Source of the DNA: a virus
Taxonomy: Duplodnaviria; Caudoviricetes
Virus record (IMG/VR): IMGVR_UViG_3300023265_000002
Span: 1 to 55,553 of that record
Length of the DNA: 55,553 bases
Direction: 5' to 3' (one strand)
Shown: positions 34,556 to 43,808 of the stretch, piece by piece
Position numbering within the stretch: the stretch's first letter is position 1
How the letters are laid out: each line of letters opens with the position of its first letter
Made by a program: the position numbers and the translations under genes
Notes under the pieces: model-generated
Told to the model about the DNA's origin: nothing
Database searches by the model: none
The model's input: the letters and a program-made list of their open reading frames with translations, nothing else

Positions 34556-35826
34556 TGTCGTACCCGCTGCTGGTCGACGCCACGACCGGCGCGCAGCAGC
34601 AGGTGCGCTGGACGTATTGGCCGGTCAACTTCGCTTTCGGGAATCTGACCGTCATCGCGAACACACCACTGCCGCTGTCGGGCGTGAAGATGTCGAAGGT
34701 CATGCGGGGCGTCGGCATGATGCGGGCGACCCTGCAGCTCTCCGACGAGGAGGTGCGCGCACAGGACCCGTGGTCCACGGTGGTCGCGCGCAAGACCGGC
34801 ATCGTCGCGGTGCGCACGGTCACCGACCCGCAGACGGGCGCGGTGAACAGCACGATTCCCTGGTACGGCACGGTGTGGGCTGCGCCCCGCAACCCTGCTG
34901 ACGGGCGCATGAACATCACCGCGATGACGATCGAGTCCCACTGGGCCCGACGCCTCATCACGAAGGGGAAGCGCTGGGTAGGCGTCGATCAGACCACGCT
35001 CGCCGCGGACCTGCTGAACCCGGCCATCTGGTCGCTACTGCCCGCGGGCTCCCCGATGTGGCCAGGCTGGGTGACCGTCGACCCGCCGACCAACTTCACC
35101 GGAGTGCCGCGCACCTTCGAGTACGACGACCACCAGGAGACGAACCTCCTCGAGGCCATCCAGAAGCGCTCGCAGCTCAGCACCAACAGCTACGAGTGGA
35201 CGACGAACATCCGCGTGCTGTCCGGCGCGGACCCGTTGAGCGCTGCCGCGTTCCGGCCCGTGTTCGAACTCGGCTTCCCCCAGCTCGGCCGAACGCTGGG
35301 CTCGACGTTCCCCGCGCCCCGCTTCCGGTTCGACACGTCCGGTTCCGGCAACGTGACCACCTTCGATTACGCCTACGACGGTTCGGACGTCCCGAACGTG
35401 GTGTGGGGAACCGGCAAGGGCTACGAGGATCTGCAGACCCGTGTGCAGATCCAGAACGTCGACAGCTACGGCAATGACGAATGGGACTACGGGTTCCTGA
35501 TCACCGAGCAGCGATTCTCCGATCCGGACGTCAGCGTCGAATCGACATTGATCGACTACTGCTACCGGTTCATGTGGGACCGGTTGGGCAGTGAGCAATT
35601 CCTCGCGTCGCTCACGGTGCGCGGAGACCTGCTCCCCTACTTCGACACCTACACCATCGGCGACGCGCTCATCCTCGAGACGAACGACCGCACCTGGCCT
35701 CCGAGCTGGTACAACGCCGAGGGCTGGCTCGAGCTTTCGACGCGCATCTTCGGGTGGACGATCACCCCTCCACAGGGCGAGACGAGCGAAACGGTCGAAT
35801 TGCTGATCAGTGGAGGGCAGCTCTGA
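34555..35826 (+). CDS. minor tail protein (baseplate hub/Tal-like)
   Basis: Position; LPL.GV, W.G and LG.P.LG motifs. Confidence 0.75.
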   Translation: MSYPLLVDATTGAQQQVRWTYWPVNFAFGNLTVIANTPLPLSGVKMSKVMRGVGMMRATLQLSDEEVRAQDPWSTVVARKTGIVAVRTVTDPQTGAVNSTIPWYGTVWAAPRNPADGRMNITAMTIESHWARRLITKGKRWVGVDQTTLAADLLNPAIWSLLPAGSPMWPGWVTVDPPTNFTGVPRTFEYDDHQETNLLEAIQKRSQLSTNSYEWTTNIRVLSGADPLSAAAFRPVFELGFPQLGRTLGSTFPAPRFRFDTSGSGNVTTFDYAYDGSDVPNVVWGTGKGYEDLQTRVQIQNVDSYGNDEWDYGFLITEQRFSDPDVSVESTLIDYCYRFMWDRLGSEQFLASLTVRGDLLPYFDTYTIGDALILETNDRTWPPSWYNAEGWLELSTRIFGWTITPPQGETSETVELLISGGQL

Positions 35827-36602
35827 TGACGGCACCACAGGATAGCTACGCGCCGAAGAGCCCCTCTGTTGTCGACAACATTGGCTACACCCAGCGGGTG
35901 ACGGAGTCGATTCTGCGAAACAATCCACTTACCGACGCCACGGTTTCGCGTGGGTTGATTCGCTGGATCGGCAACTACGTTTCCGGTGGCGGGCCCGACA
36001 AGATTAATTACCTGTGGATCGGCGAGTTCTTCCCTGCGGACCCGAACCTCGGCGGAGTCGCGCAGCGCGGCTTCTCGCTCGTGCGCGACGACTCGCGCGG
36101 GGGCGTGTCCGCCATCGCCATGTTCGACCCGGACCCGACCGCGTCCCCAGGGTTGAAGCAGATCCTCTTCATCACCTCCGGCGACAACAAGCGGATCTTC
36201 TCCGAGCACCGCGACGGCGGGCAGCAGTGGCCGCAGTTCCCGGTCACGGTCAACCCGACCGGCGGGAACGTCGCGCTCTGGCCGACCACCACGGCGGCGA
36301 CGTACTCGACGCTGGCCGAGGGGAAGGCGAACATCCTCGGCAACAAGCTCCACTACCGGGTGTGGGCGGCGACCGACACTGGCGCGACAGGCGACTTTCA
36401 GGTCCGCGTGGTCACCTCCGGCGGCGACCTGGTGAGCGTGACGCACTCGCTGCTGGCCAACACGAACAACGTGTTCGACGGTTTCGTTGATGTGGCCAGC
36501 GCGCGCGGGCAGACGTGCCAGGTGTTCTACGAGGGCAAGCGCTCCAACGCCGTCGGCAACGTCCGGGGCACCCCGATTGCCTTCACCTGCTACACCCCTT
36601 GA
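35826..36602 (+). CDS. minor tail protein
   Basis: TGATG overlap; R.NPL..A motif. Confidence 0.75.
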   Translation: MTAPQDSYAPKSPSVVDNIGYTQRVTESILRNNPLTDATVSRGLIRWIGNYVSGGGPDKINYLWIGEFFPADPNLGGVAQRGFSLVRDDSRGGVSAIAMFDPDPTASPGLKQILFITSGDNKRIFSEHRDGGQQWPQFPVTVNPTGGNVALWPTTTAATYSTLAEGKANILGNKLHYRVWAATDTGATGDFQVRVVTSGGDLVSVTHSLLANTNNVFDGFVDVASARGQTCQVFYEGKRSNAVGNVRGTPIAFTCYTP

Positions 36603-36610
36603 TGGGGGGT
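36592..36610. promoter_or_regulatory. degenerate palindrome operator upstream of the membrane/lysis genes
   Basis: ACACCCCTTGATGGGGGGT; TACGGT -10 at 36626. Confidence 0.4.
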
Positions 36611-36690
36611 AGTGCAACAGTCGACTACGGTGCCAGGTCCCGCGTGCGAGACTCCGGGAGAGATACGTCCGACCATCCCAGGGAGCGCCC

Positions 36691-37116
36691 GTGAACTTGC
36701 CGGACCTCGCTGGTCAGCCGCCGTGGGTGGTGGTGGTGGTGTTCTTCCTGTTCGTCGCGGGAACCCTCGGCGTGACGTGGATTCGCCGCGGCCGCCCGGA
36801 GGTCGCAGACGGCGAAGAGGCGCAGAGCGCGAGCCAGCTCGAGCCCGGCGCGGTACCGTCAGCCCTGACCAGCACCGACAACAGTGCCAACACCGTCGCA
36901 CAGACGGCGTTGATGCACCTGGCCGCAGTAGCGGAGCGGGAAGCGGCAGAGTCCGCGGCCGCCCGCATCGAGGCCGACCGGCTGCGAGAGCGGCTCGAGG
37001 TCTGCAGCGAGGAGCGTCAGCGCCTGGCGCACCTGCTCGAGGCCAACGAGCGGGAACGCCAGCGGCTCACGTGGCAACTGGAGACCTGCCAACGGCACAC
37101 CGAGGGACGAGCATGA
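36691..37116 (+). CDS. membrane protein with coiled coil (lysis-module associated)
   Basis: N-terminal TM, C-terminal coiled coil. Confidence 0.7.
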   Translation: MNLPDLAGQPPWVVVVVFFLFVAGTLGVTWIRRGRPEVADGEEAQSASQLEPGAVPSALTSTDNSANTVAQTALMHLAAVAEREAAESAAARIEADRLRERLEVCSEERQRLAHLLEANERERQRLTWQLETCQRHTEGRA

Positions 37117-37940
37117 CGGATACCGAGCGCCAGCCGAACGAGGTACGCGACACGCTCAGCGTCGGGCTCGCGGCATCCCGAACCGTTGGGGGTGCGTTGA
37201 GCCGGAAGGCCGACCGCACCGACGTGTGGAAGATGGTCACGGTCGGCGGCCTGTTCGCCGCGGCTGTGGCTATCGCGATCTCCGTGCCTGCCGCCATCTC
37301 GGCGGCCAACACGCGCGCTGTGGCCTCCGCTGCCCAGCAGGCGGGTAACGAGTCCCGCCAGCGTGCCGAGCAGGCGTACGCGGCCGCTCAGCTTGCGAAC
37401 GAGGAACTCAAGCGGCGTGGGCAGGAGCCGGTCGCGCTGCCCGCGCCGTCGGAGGACAACGCGCCGGAGACGCTCGTCGCCGCGGCGACGGCCCGCGTGC
37501 TGGCCTCGCTGTCGGAGGACTCGACCCGCGACGCGCAGGCGCTCGGCCGCGCCGTCGCCTCCTACTTCCTGGCCAACCCGGTGACCGTGCCCCCGGAGCT
37601 GGTGTCCGCGCGGGTCGCCGACTACCTGCAGCGCAACCCTCCGCCCTCCGGCGAGGACGGCATCGACGGGCGGGACGGCACCGACGGCAAGGACGGAGCG
37701 GACGGGAAGAACGGCGACCCCGGCGCGAAGGGCGACAAGGGCGACACCGGCCCGCCCCCCACGGGCGCGGAGATCATGGCCGCGTTCAGCCAGGCCGCGC
37801 AGGAGAACCCCTCCCTGCTGTGCGCGGGGAAAGGCTCGTTCACGCTGGTGCGCGGAGTGCTCACCAGGCCCAACCCGGACAACCCGGCCGAGCAGATTCC
37901 GCAGGACATCTGGACGTGCGTACCGACGCCGTCCGGCTGA
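37113..37940 (+). CDS. collagen-like membrane protein
   Basis: TM helix, coiled coil, G-X-Y repeats, terminal Cys pair. Confidence 0.75.
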   Translation: MTDTERQPNEVRDTLSVGLAASRTVGGALSRKADRTDVWKMVTVGGLFAAAVAIAISVPAAISAANTRAVASAAQQAGNESRQRAEQAYAAAQLANEELKRRGQEPVALPAPSEDNAPETLVAAATARVLASLSEDSTRDAQALGRAVASYFLANPVTVPPELVSARVADYLQRNPPPSGEDGIDGRDGTDGKDGADGKNGDPGAKGDKGDTGPPPTGAEIMAAFSQAAQENPSLLCAGKGSFTLVRGVLTRPNPDNPAEQIPQDIWTCVPTPSG

Positions 37941-37958
37941 CGACAGGAGCAACCACCC

Positions 37959-38360
37959 ATGAACCAGTTCCCCGCTGACGACCCGTTCGGCCGGATCGAG
38001 TCCGGCGGCCCGACCGCGGTCCCGTCGCCCTCCATCCGGAGCACGGTGCTCGTCGACCGCGTCCGCGACTACGGCGTCTCGCTGCTGCGCACGGGCGTGC
38101 CGATCGCCTGGGGCTACGTGCTGACCTGGCTCGTCGGCCTCATCCCCGCGCTGCAGCCCGTCCTCGAGCGCCCGGAAGTGGTCGGCCTGTCGAACGCGAT
38201 CACGTTCGGCCTGGCGCTGGGCTGGTACGCCGTAATGCGGTGGATCGAGCCGCGCCTGCCCGCGTGGCTGACGCGCATCGTGCTCGGCGCGAACGCGGCC
38301 CCCGTGTACGTCGAGGGCACGGCCACAGCCGTGGTGCGCGAACTGCCGAACCCGAGGTAG
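37959..38360 (+). CDS. putative holin
   Basis: S..RT.VP..WG...W and Y...R..E....W...LG...P.Y membrane pattern of actinophage holins. Confidence 0.65.
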   Translation: MNQFPADDPFGRIESGGPTAVPSPSIRSTVLVDRVRDYGVSLLRTGVPIAWGYVLTWLVGLIPALQPVLERPEVVGLSNAITFGLALGWYAVMRWIEPRLPAWLTRIVLGANAAPVYVEGTATAVVRELPNPR

Positions 38361-38391
38361 TGTCTGGCCTGGCGGTCATTCGGGGCCCCTG

Positions 38392-38431
38392 GCAGACCCC
38401 CCACTCGAGTCGGTTCGGGTGGGGGGTCTGC
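38392..38431 (+). terminator. hairpin terminator (arms contain operator half-sites)
   Basis: GCAGACCCCCCAC...GTGGGGGGTCTGC. Confidence 0.65.
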
Positions 38432-38448
38432 TGCTGTACGGTGCACGG

Positions 38449-38560
38449 GTGCCCGGTCCGGGTGACGCGGTAGGCGCGAGCTGGAACGTCACGGCAAGCG
38501 GGGGCCGTCGCGCGGCTGGTGAGGCCGCAGGCGCAGGTTCGAGTCCTGACGGGTACGCCA
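38449..38560 (+). ncRNA. 112-nt tRNA-like RNA ending G-CCA, aberrant anticodon region
   Basis: GTGCCCG/CGGGTAC acceptor, discriminator G, CCA; CAGG-TTCGAGT-CCTG T arm; -10 TACGGT at 38437; terminator downstream. Confidence 0.7.
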
Positions 38561-38564
38561 ACGC

Positions 38565-38602
38565 GGAAGGGCCCCCAGTTCCTAGCAACTGGGGGCCCTT
38601 CC
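38565..38602. terminator. bidirectional terminator between convergent arms
   Basis: GGAAGGGCCCCCAGTT...AACTGGGGGCCCTTCC. Confidence 0.8.
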
Positions 38603-38628
38603 GATGTCACCTCTTGGCAGCAGCCAAC

Positions 38629-39126
38629 CTACAACAAGGTGATCTGCTCGCCTGCACCGATCCGCTTGAGCGCGTCGCGACCCTCGTCGGTCACCTGCCA
38701 CACCGTCCAGGGTGAGGAGTTGTGCACGCGAGTGAGCGCGCCCTCGTCCGCCATCGCGGCCTGCACGTAGCCAGCGTCGACCAGCTCGCCGCGGCGACGG
38801 CGCTCCGAGCTGATGCCGATCGCGAGGTCGGCCTGCAGCTCGAAGTCGGTCGCCCCGTAGTCCCCCATGTGGGCGAGCTGCTCGAGCACGCGGGAACGCT
38901 GGGTGCCCGTGGCCAGCACGACCGGGCGAGGCGTGCCCGGCATCGTGTGCGGCTCCTCGACGCTCAACCACTGCACCAGCCCGGCGGCCGCGAGCTGCAG
39001 CTCGTGCCCCAGGGCGGCCGCCACCTGGGCGACGTCGGCGGGTCGACGCGACCGGTCGAGGTCGACGAGCAGGGCGCGGGCCCGCTGCACGGCGTGCAGG
39101 CTCATGCCGGGCCCGGACAGGGTCAC
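38629..39126 (-). CDS. winged-helix DNA-binding protein
   Basis: GATDFEL...RRRGELVDAGYV...VW.VT.EG. Confidence 0.65.
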   Translation of the reverse strand: MTLSGPGMSLHAVQRARALLVDLDRSRRPADVAQVAAALGHELQLAAAGLVQWLSVEEPHTMPGTPRPVVLATGTQRSRVLEQLAHMGDYGATDFELQADLAIGISSERRRRGELVDAGYVQAAMADEGALTRVHNSSPWTVWQVTDEGRDALKRIGAGEQITLL

Positions 39127-39749
39127 GTCGGCCGACCGGCTGCAGGAGTGCGTGCGACCAGGGCGGCCGCGTCGGCGAAGCTGATGCCGAGGGCGTTCGC
39201 GACCCCCTGGACCTGCTCGTCGCTGGCCACGGGCTCCTCCTCCTGCTGGACCGTTCCGGCCGAGTGCTGCTCGGCGGTCGGGTTGACCTCGCCGGTCCAC
39301 CACTCGCACGGCCACGGCATCCCGTCCTGCCCGCACACCTCGCGGCCTTCGACGTTGAGGATGAAGTGCGGGCGGTTGGAGTAGTCGACGTTCGACGGGG
39401 GGCGGCTCATCTCCTGGTCGAACCAGGCCTGCCGCTCGCGCTGGGCGGCCTCGACGTAGGCGGCGAACTCGGCGGCCTTGACCTCGCGGGACATCTTGCG
39501 GACCGGGTCCTCGTAGGGCGCTGCCGGTCCGGCCGGGCCCTCGTCACGGAACCGGCGCAGGTCGGTGACGCGCCAGCCGTCCATGCCTTCCGGCGCGCCG
39601 TCGGGCACGTCGTAGTCGACGGGCTCGAGGCTGTCCGGGTCGATCCAGCGACCCTGCTCGTCCCGCCAAGCGGGCGTGTTCAGGCTGTAGCTGGCGCGCG
39701 GGTCGAGGCTCTCGACGACCTCGGCGCTGGTCTCTTCGGGTGCCGTCAC
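39123..39749 (-). CDS. hypothetical protein
   Basis: GTGA overlap; H...C.QDG..WPC motif. Confidence 0.7.
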   Translation of the reverse strand: MTAPEETSAEVVESLDPRASYSLNTPAWRDEQGRWIDPDSLEPVDYDVPDGAPEGMDGWRVTDLRRFRDEGPAGPAAPYEDPVRKMSREVKAAEFAAYVEAAQRERQAWFDQEMSRPPSNVDYSNRPHFILNVEGREVCGQDGMPWPCEWWTGEVNPTAEQHSAGTVQQEEEPVASDEQVQGVANALGISFADAAALVARTPAAGRPT

Positions 39750-40483
39750 GGCTTGGTTCCCTTCCGCGTGATCTTCACGCCCTTGTGCTCCGTGGTCTTC
39801 GTGATGGCCGCGGAGACGACTGCCGCCAGCGGGTCGGACCCCTGCCGCGCGATCTCGGCAGCGTAAGCCCTGACTTTGCTCACCTGCGGGTCGAACTTGC
39901 CGCACGTGGTGAGCTTGCGCTGCGCGTCGATCATGGCCTGCGCGAGGACGTCCGGGAGGTCGCCGGGCCCGCGGGCGTGGTCGCCCTCGACGATCGCCGT
40001 CACCTCGGCGGCGAGGTCGTGGCCAGCGTTGTCGACGCTCGGCGTGGACACGGTCGCGGCGACGGCGGCGAACAGGGTCTCGACGTCGATGTCGTAGGTG
40101 TGCTTCTGGTCCAGGGTGATGGACACGTCACCCTGCGCGTCGGGGACCTTGAGCGGCCCGACCGGCAGGCCGTCCTGTTCGCCGACGGCGAGGATGAGTT
40201 CCTCCTCGACGTACTGCTTGAGCAGCTTGCTCGCCGCGGTGAAGGCTGCACCGAACGCGGTGCACTTCTCGAGGGAGTTGGCGAGCCTGCGCTGCACGTC
40301 GTAGGTGTCCTCGCGCGACACGACCTCGCCGCGCGTCGCGGTCAGCTCGGCGTAGCCCTCGTTGATCGCACGGAGCAGGGTGTCTTTGAACTGCGCTGGC
40401 TCCGGCATCCCGGACAGCACGGTCGGGACCGGCTCGAGCTGGAAACCCGGCTCGTCGGGGGCGGCTTCGGGGGTGGTGCTCAT
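39746..40483 (-). CDS. hypothetical protein
   Basis: ATGA overlap; GC3 bias. Confidence 0.75.
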   Translation of the reverse strand: MSTTPEAAPDEPGFQLEPVPTVLSGMPEPAQFKDTLLRAINEGYAELTATRGEVVSREDTYDVQRRLANSLEKCTAFGAAFTAASKLLKQYVEEELILAVGEQDGLPVGPLKVPDAQGDVSITLDQKHTYDIDVETLFAAVAATVSTPSVDNAGHDLAAEVTAIVEGDHARGPGDLPDVLAQAMIDAQRKLTTCGKFDPQVSKVRAYAAEIARQGSDPLAAVVSAAITKTTEHKGVKITRKGTKP

Positions 40484-40776
40484 CGTGCGAGTGCCTCTCG
40501 GATTGCGTGGCTGGCCTCGTCGAGGCTCGAGCCGAACTCGTTCAGCGTGAGGGCGCGCTCGACGTGGCCGAGCGCGAAGAGGTCGAGTGCCTGCTCGTAG
40601 GCGTCGTCGGAGATGTCGGCGAGCAGGTCGGCGCGGATGAGCGGGTCGGCCGCGTGCAGGGCGGCGAAGACGAGCTGCTCGGCCGCGTCGGGGGTGAGCA
40701 GCACACCCCCGACGTACTGCACCGCGTCGAGCGCGGGCAGCGCGCCGGGGATGTGCGCGAGGACGACCTGCCTCAC
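40480..40776 (-). CDS. hypothetical protein
   Basis: GTGA overlap. Confidence 0.65.
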   Translation of the reverse strand: MRQVVLAHIPGALPALDAVQYVGGVLLTPDAAEQLVFAALHAADPLIRADLLADISDDAYEQALDLFALGHVERALTLNEFGSSLDEASHAIREALAR

Positions 40777-41249
40777 CAGCGCCCCCGTCGACTGGGGAAC
40801 GGGTCGATCCGCGGCCGCTCGGAGAAGCGTCGACGCTCGCGGGCGTGGTGGTCCAGCTCTTCGGCGCGCCGGGCGGGGGGCTCCTCCGGGGCGGTCCACG
40901 TGCCGAAGCGCTCCTGCTGCCAGCGTGTGCGGGTGACCTGCCGCGAGAGGTAGCCAGCGCTCGAGGGGCAGTCGCCCGACTTGCACTCGCAGCACGTGCC
41001 GCCCGCCTGCCAGCAGGAGCAGTGCGCGGGCAGCTCGGCGTACCGGTTGACCGATTGGGCTGGCTGGGTGGCGGGCCCCTGCAGGTCGTGCATCACGTGC
41101 CAGGGGGCGCGCCCGATGACACTGGCCAGCAGGTAGGCGCGCTGCTCCGCGGTCGAGCTGTCCTCGCGCGCTTCGCGGGGCAGGGCGGCGATGAACCAGC
41201 TCGGCGTGCGCCGGGACCAGCGCCGGCGGATCGCGTGAATCCAGTTCAC
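40773..41249 (-). CDS. hypothetical Cys-rich protein
   Basis: GTGA overlap; HCSCW....CCEC...C. Confidence 0.65.
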   Translation of the reverse strand: MNWIHAIRRRWSRRTPSWFIAALPREAREDSSTAEQRAYLLASVIGRAPWHVMHDLQGPATQPAQSVNRYAELPAHCSCWQAGGTCCECKSGDCPSSAGYLSRQVTRTRWQQERFGTWTAPEEPPARRAEELDHHARERRRFSERPRIDPFPSRRGRW

Positions 41250-41719
41250 GACGCCCTCCCGACGCGCTGGTTCAGCTCGGCCCACAGGGCGGCCGCGGGG
41301 TGCTCGACCCACGCGGACGAGTCCATCGGGCCCGCCGCGCCGATGGTGCCGGTCAGCCACGCGAGCGTGCTCTGCATCTGCGGCATGGTCAGCACGAGGA
41401 CGCCGAAGTCGCCCTTCGGCCAGCGCAACGGGGGCGGCAGGATGAGCGGCTCGAGGGCGCGCTCCGAGAGCTGGTCGAGCGGCTCCGGCGGCGGGGGCGC
41501 GGGGTAGGCAGCCTCCGGGTCGGTGACCACCTCGGCGGGCGGGTCGCAGTAGTCCTGGTGGTGGATGCAGTACTCGGTACCGGGGACGGTGTCGACGTCG
41601 CAGTGCTCGCCGTCCTCCGGGTCGGACGAGGCCTGCACGCTGGCGATGCAGCCGCCGACCAGGCCGAGCGGGTCGAGCACCTCCGTCGTCTGCTCCTCGT
41701 AGTGGTGTTCGCCGGTCAC
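41246..41719 (-). CDS. hypothetical protein
   Basis: RBS AAGGAG; C...C...YCIHH. Confidence 0.7.
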   Translation of the reverse strand: MTGEHHYEEQTTEVLDPLGLVGGCIASVQASSDPEDGEHCDVDTVPGTEYCIHHQDYCDPPAEVVTDPEAAYPAPPPPEPLDQLSERALEPLILPPPLRWPKGDFGVLVLTMPQMQSTLAWLTGTIGAAGPMDSSAWVEHPAAALWAELNQRVGRAS

Positions 41720-42204
41720 GGGGCCACACTCCTTTCGACGATGACTTTCCTCGACGGGTCGGTGTCGTGCTCGCCGTCGATCACCTGCAGGACGCAGGCG
41801 CTGCAGCAGTCGTCCTCGAGGGGGCGACCGTCCATGTCGTATGCGTACACCGTGCAGTCGCGCAGGGCGGCCGCGCGCCCGCTGGTGCCGCCGAAACCGT
41901 CGCGCGGGATGGTGACACCGGGGCAGTTCGTCTTGTCGCACCAGTCCCAGGATGGGACCTCGCGCTCGACGATTCGGTACTCGATGAGGTAGGTCCGGAG
42001 CGCGTCGCCGATGGCGTAGCCGCCGACGATCAGGTTCCGGCGGGCGACGTAGGAGCGCTCGAGTTCGGAGCGCTGCACCTTGACGGTGAGGTTCCCGTCG
42101 GTGATTTCGTACCAGTCGCCGCGGAAACCGGGCGGGGCGGGACACGCGCCGAGCATGGTCCACTCCGTGCGGTCCCACGGTCGGAGGAGCTTTCGGTTCG
42201 TCAT
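41716..42204 (-). CDS. hypothetical protein (leaderless, MTN; Cys-rich)
   Basis: ATGACGAAC 7 nt after a minus-strand -10. Confidence 0.75.
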   Translation of the reverse strand: MTNRKLLRPWDRTEWTMLGACPAPPGFRGDWYEITDGNLTVKVQRSELERSYVARRNLIVGGYAIGDALRTYLIEYRIVEREVPSWDWCDKTNCPGVTIPRDGFGGTSGRAAALRDCTVYAYDMDGRPLEDDCCSACVLQVIDGEHDTDPSRKVIVERSVAP

Positions 42205-42211
42205 GTCAGTG

Positions 42212-42241
42212 ACACTACCCCCCCACCGTGGGGGGTGTCAA
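42212..42241 (-). promoter_or_regulatory. Palindrome-spacer promoter/operator, leaderless
   Basis: TTGACA-CCCCCCACGGTGGGGGGG-TAGTGT on the minus strand. Confidence 0.85.
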
Positions 42242-42337
42242 ACGATCTGTAGACCGAAGGCCCAATCCCACAGTTCGACCAGCCTGGACGGCCTCGCCAG
42301 GCGGTGACGCCCGCGCGCCGGGGTGCTGGCACGCACC

Positions 42338-42375
42338 CCCCACCGCCCACGGCGGGCGTGCCGTGGGCGGTGGGG
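42338..42375 (-). terminator. hairpin terminator after ssb
   Basis: CCCCACCGCCCACGGC...GCCGTGGGCGGTGGGG. Confidence 0.7.
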
Positions 42376-42386
42376 CAGTACGGCCA

Positions 42387-42902
42387 CTAGAACGGGGGCT
42401 CGTCGGCGAAGCCGCCACGACCGGCCGGAGCGGGTGAGGATGCCCACGGGTCGTCAGCGGGTGCAGACGATCGCGTTCCCGACCCGGATGCAGCCGCGCC
42501 CCCGAACCCTCCCCCCTGGGCACCACCGCCCCCGGAGCGGGAGACCTTCTGCACCTTCGCCGTGGCGTACTTGAGCGACGGGCCGATCTCCTCGACGTCC
42601 AGCTCGACGACGGTGCGCTTCTCGCCGTCCTTCGTCTCGAAGCTGCGCTGCTTGAGCCAGCCCGTGACGAGCACGCGCGAGCCGCGGGTGAGGGACTCCG
42701 CCACGTTCTCGGCCACCTGCCGCCACACGTTGCAGCGCATGAACAGCGCCTCGCCGTCCTTCCACTGCCCCGACGCCTTGTCGTAGGTGCGCGGCGTGCT
42801 GGCGACGGTGAAGCTCGCGACGGCGGCACCCGACTGGGTGAACCGCAGTTCGGGGTCCGCGGTCAGGTTCCCCGCGATGGTGATGGTCGTTTCGCCTGCC
42901 AC
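42387..42902 (-). CDS. ssb: single-stranded DNA-binding protein (actinobacterial type)
   Basis: [26 protein letters not shown]...[10 protein letters not shown]; acidic DEPPF tail. Confidence 0.97.
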   Translation of the reverse strand: MAGETTITIAGNLTADPELRFTQSGAAVASFTVASTPRTYDKASGQWKDGEALFMRCNVWRQVAENVAESLTRGSRVLVTGWLKQRSFETKDGEKRTVVELDVEEIGPSLKYATAKVQKVSRSGGGGAQGGGFGGAAASGSGTRSSAPADDPWASSPAPAGRGGFADEPPF

Positions 42903-42905
42903 TGG

Positions 42906-43286
42906 TCAGCCCTTCATCTGCAGAACGTGAAGTCGGTCGGTGTACTTCGCCGCCTTGAGCGGGTCGTCGGCGATCTGCTCCGTGAGCCACTGTGCGTACT
43001 CGGTGTCGGTCCACCCGGTCAGCTCCTGCGGGAACCGGTCGAAGTAGTCCGAGTCCTGCTCGCAGTCCCAGTCCTCGCCGCGGAGCTTCGTGGCGATCTT
43101 GACCACGAACGGCCGGAGGACGTCGTCGATCTTGGCGCGAAGCGCCGGGTCCGCGTTGAGGGCGTTCGCGAACTCCGGCGTGCGGGCGTCCTCGTTGCCG
43201 CTGGCGATCTGCCACGCGGCCGCGACGGCGCGCTCGGCGGCCTCGAGGGCGTTGTCGATGATCTCGGTTGCGCTGCACCAGCCCAT
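42906..43286 (-). CDS. hypothetical protein
   Basis: RBS GGAGG; MGW.SA..I and DWD...DS.Y motifs. Confidence 0.75.
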   Translation of the reverse strand: MGWCSATEIIDNALEAAERAVAAAWQIASGNEDARTPEFANALNADPALRAKIDDVLRPFVVKIATKLRGEDWDCEQDSDYFDRFPQELTGWTDTEYAQWLTEQIADDPLKAAKYTDRLHVLQMKG

Positions 43287-43329
43287 CGGCTGTGCACCTC
43301 CTGTGGGTAAACCTGTGGATGGACGGCGG

Positions 43330-43773
43330 TCAGGTCCGGATGGTGTTCGGCGCGAGCTTGTCGACGACCTGGCGGAGGGCGGAGCGGCTGATGCCGATCT
43401 CCTGCAGGGAGGCCGACGAGACCTGGTCGTCGACCACGGTGCCCAGCAGGCGGATGAGCGAGGTCAGCTCGCGCGAGGGCTCGTAGTCGGCGAGCGGCTT
43501 CGGGGTGGCGACGTCGAACGTCGCGGTGCGCCGGTAGCCGTGACGGTTCCCGTCGGCGGGCAGGTCGGACTCGCGGATCGGCACGCCCGCGCGGAGCTGC
43601 TTGCGCAGGCGGGTCAGCGTCTCGAGCCAGGCCTCGCCGTGCGCGGCCATCCACTGCACCTTCGCCTGCGCGAACTCGTCCGCCTGGTCGGTCACCTTGC
43701 GGACGTGGTGCGCCTTCTCCTCGGAAAGCGCCTGCTCGGCGGCCTTGATGAGGGCGCGTCGGTCGTACTTCAT
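43330..43773 (-). CDS. hypothetical protein
   Basis: RBS GAAAGG, ATG. Confidence 0.75.
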   Translation of the reverse strand: MKYDRRALIKAAEQALSEEKAHHVRKVTDQADEFAQAKVQWMAAHGEAWLETLTRLRKQLRAGVPIRESDLPADGNRHGYRRTATFDVATPKPLADYEPSRELTSLIRLLGTVVDDQVSSASLQEIGISRSALRQVVDKLAPNTIRT

Positions 43774-43808
43774 GCCGTGCCTTTCGTGATCATTCGGGGG
43801 ATGGACGG

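Noticed and set aside
37660-37760. Short tandem GACGGC-type repeats
   Set aside because: Explained by collagen G-X-Y coding
38449-38560. Standard tRNA-Ser(GGA) gene or attP core
   Set aside because: The anticodon stem does not pair, the length is excessive, and no integrase is present; kept as a tRNA-like RNA
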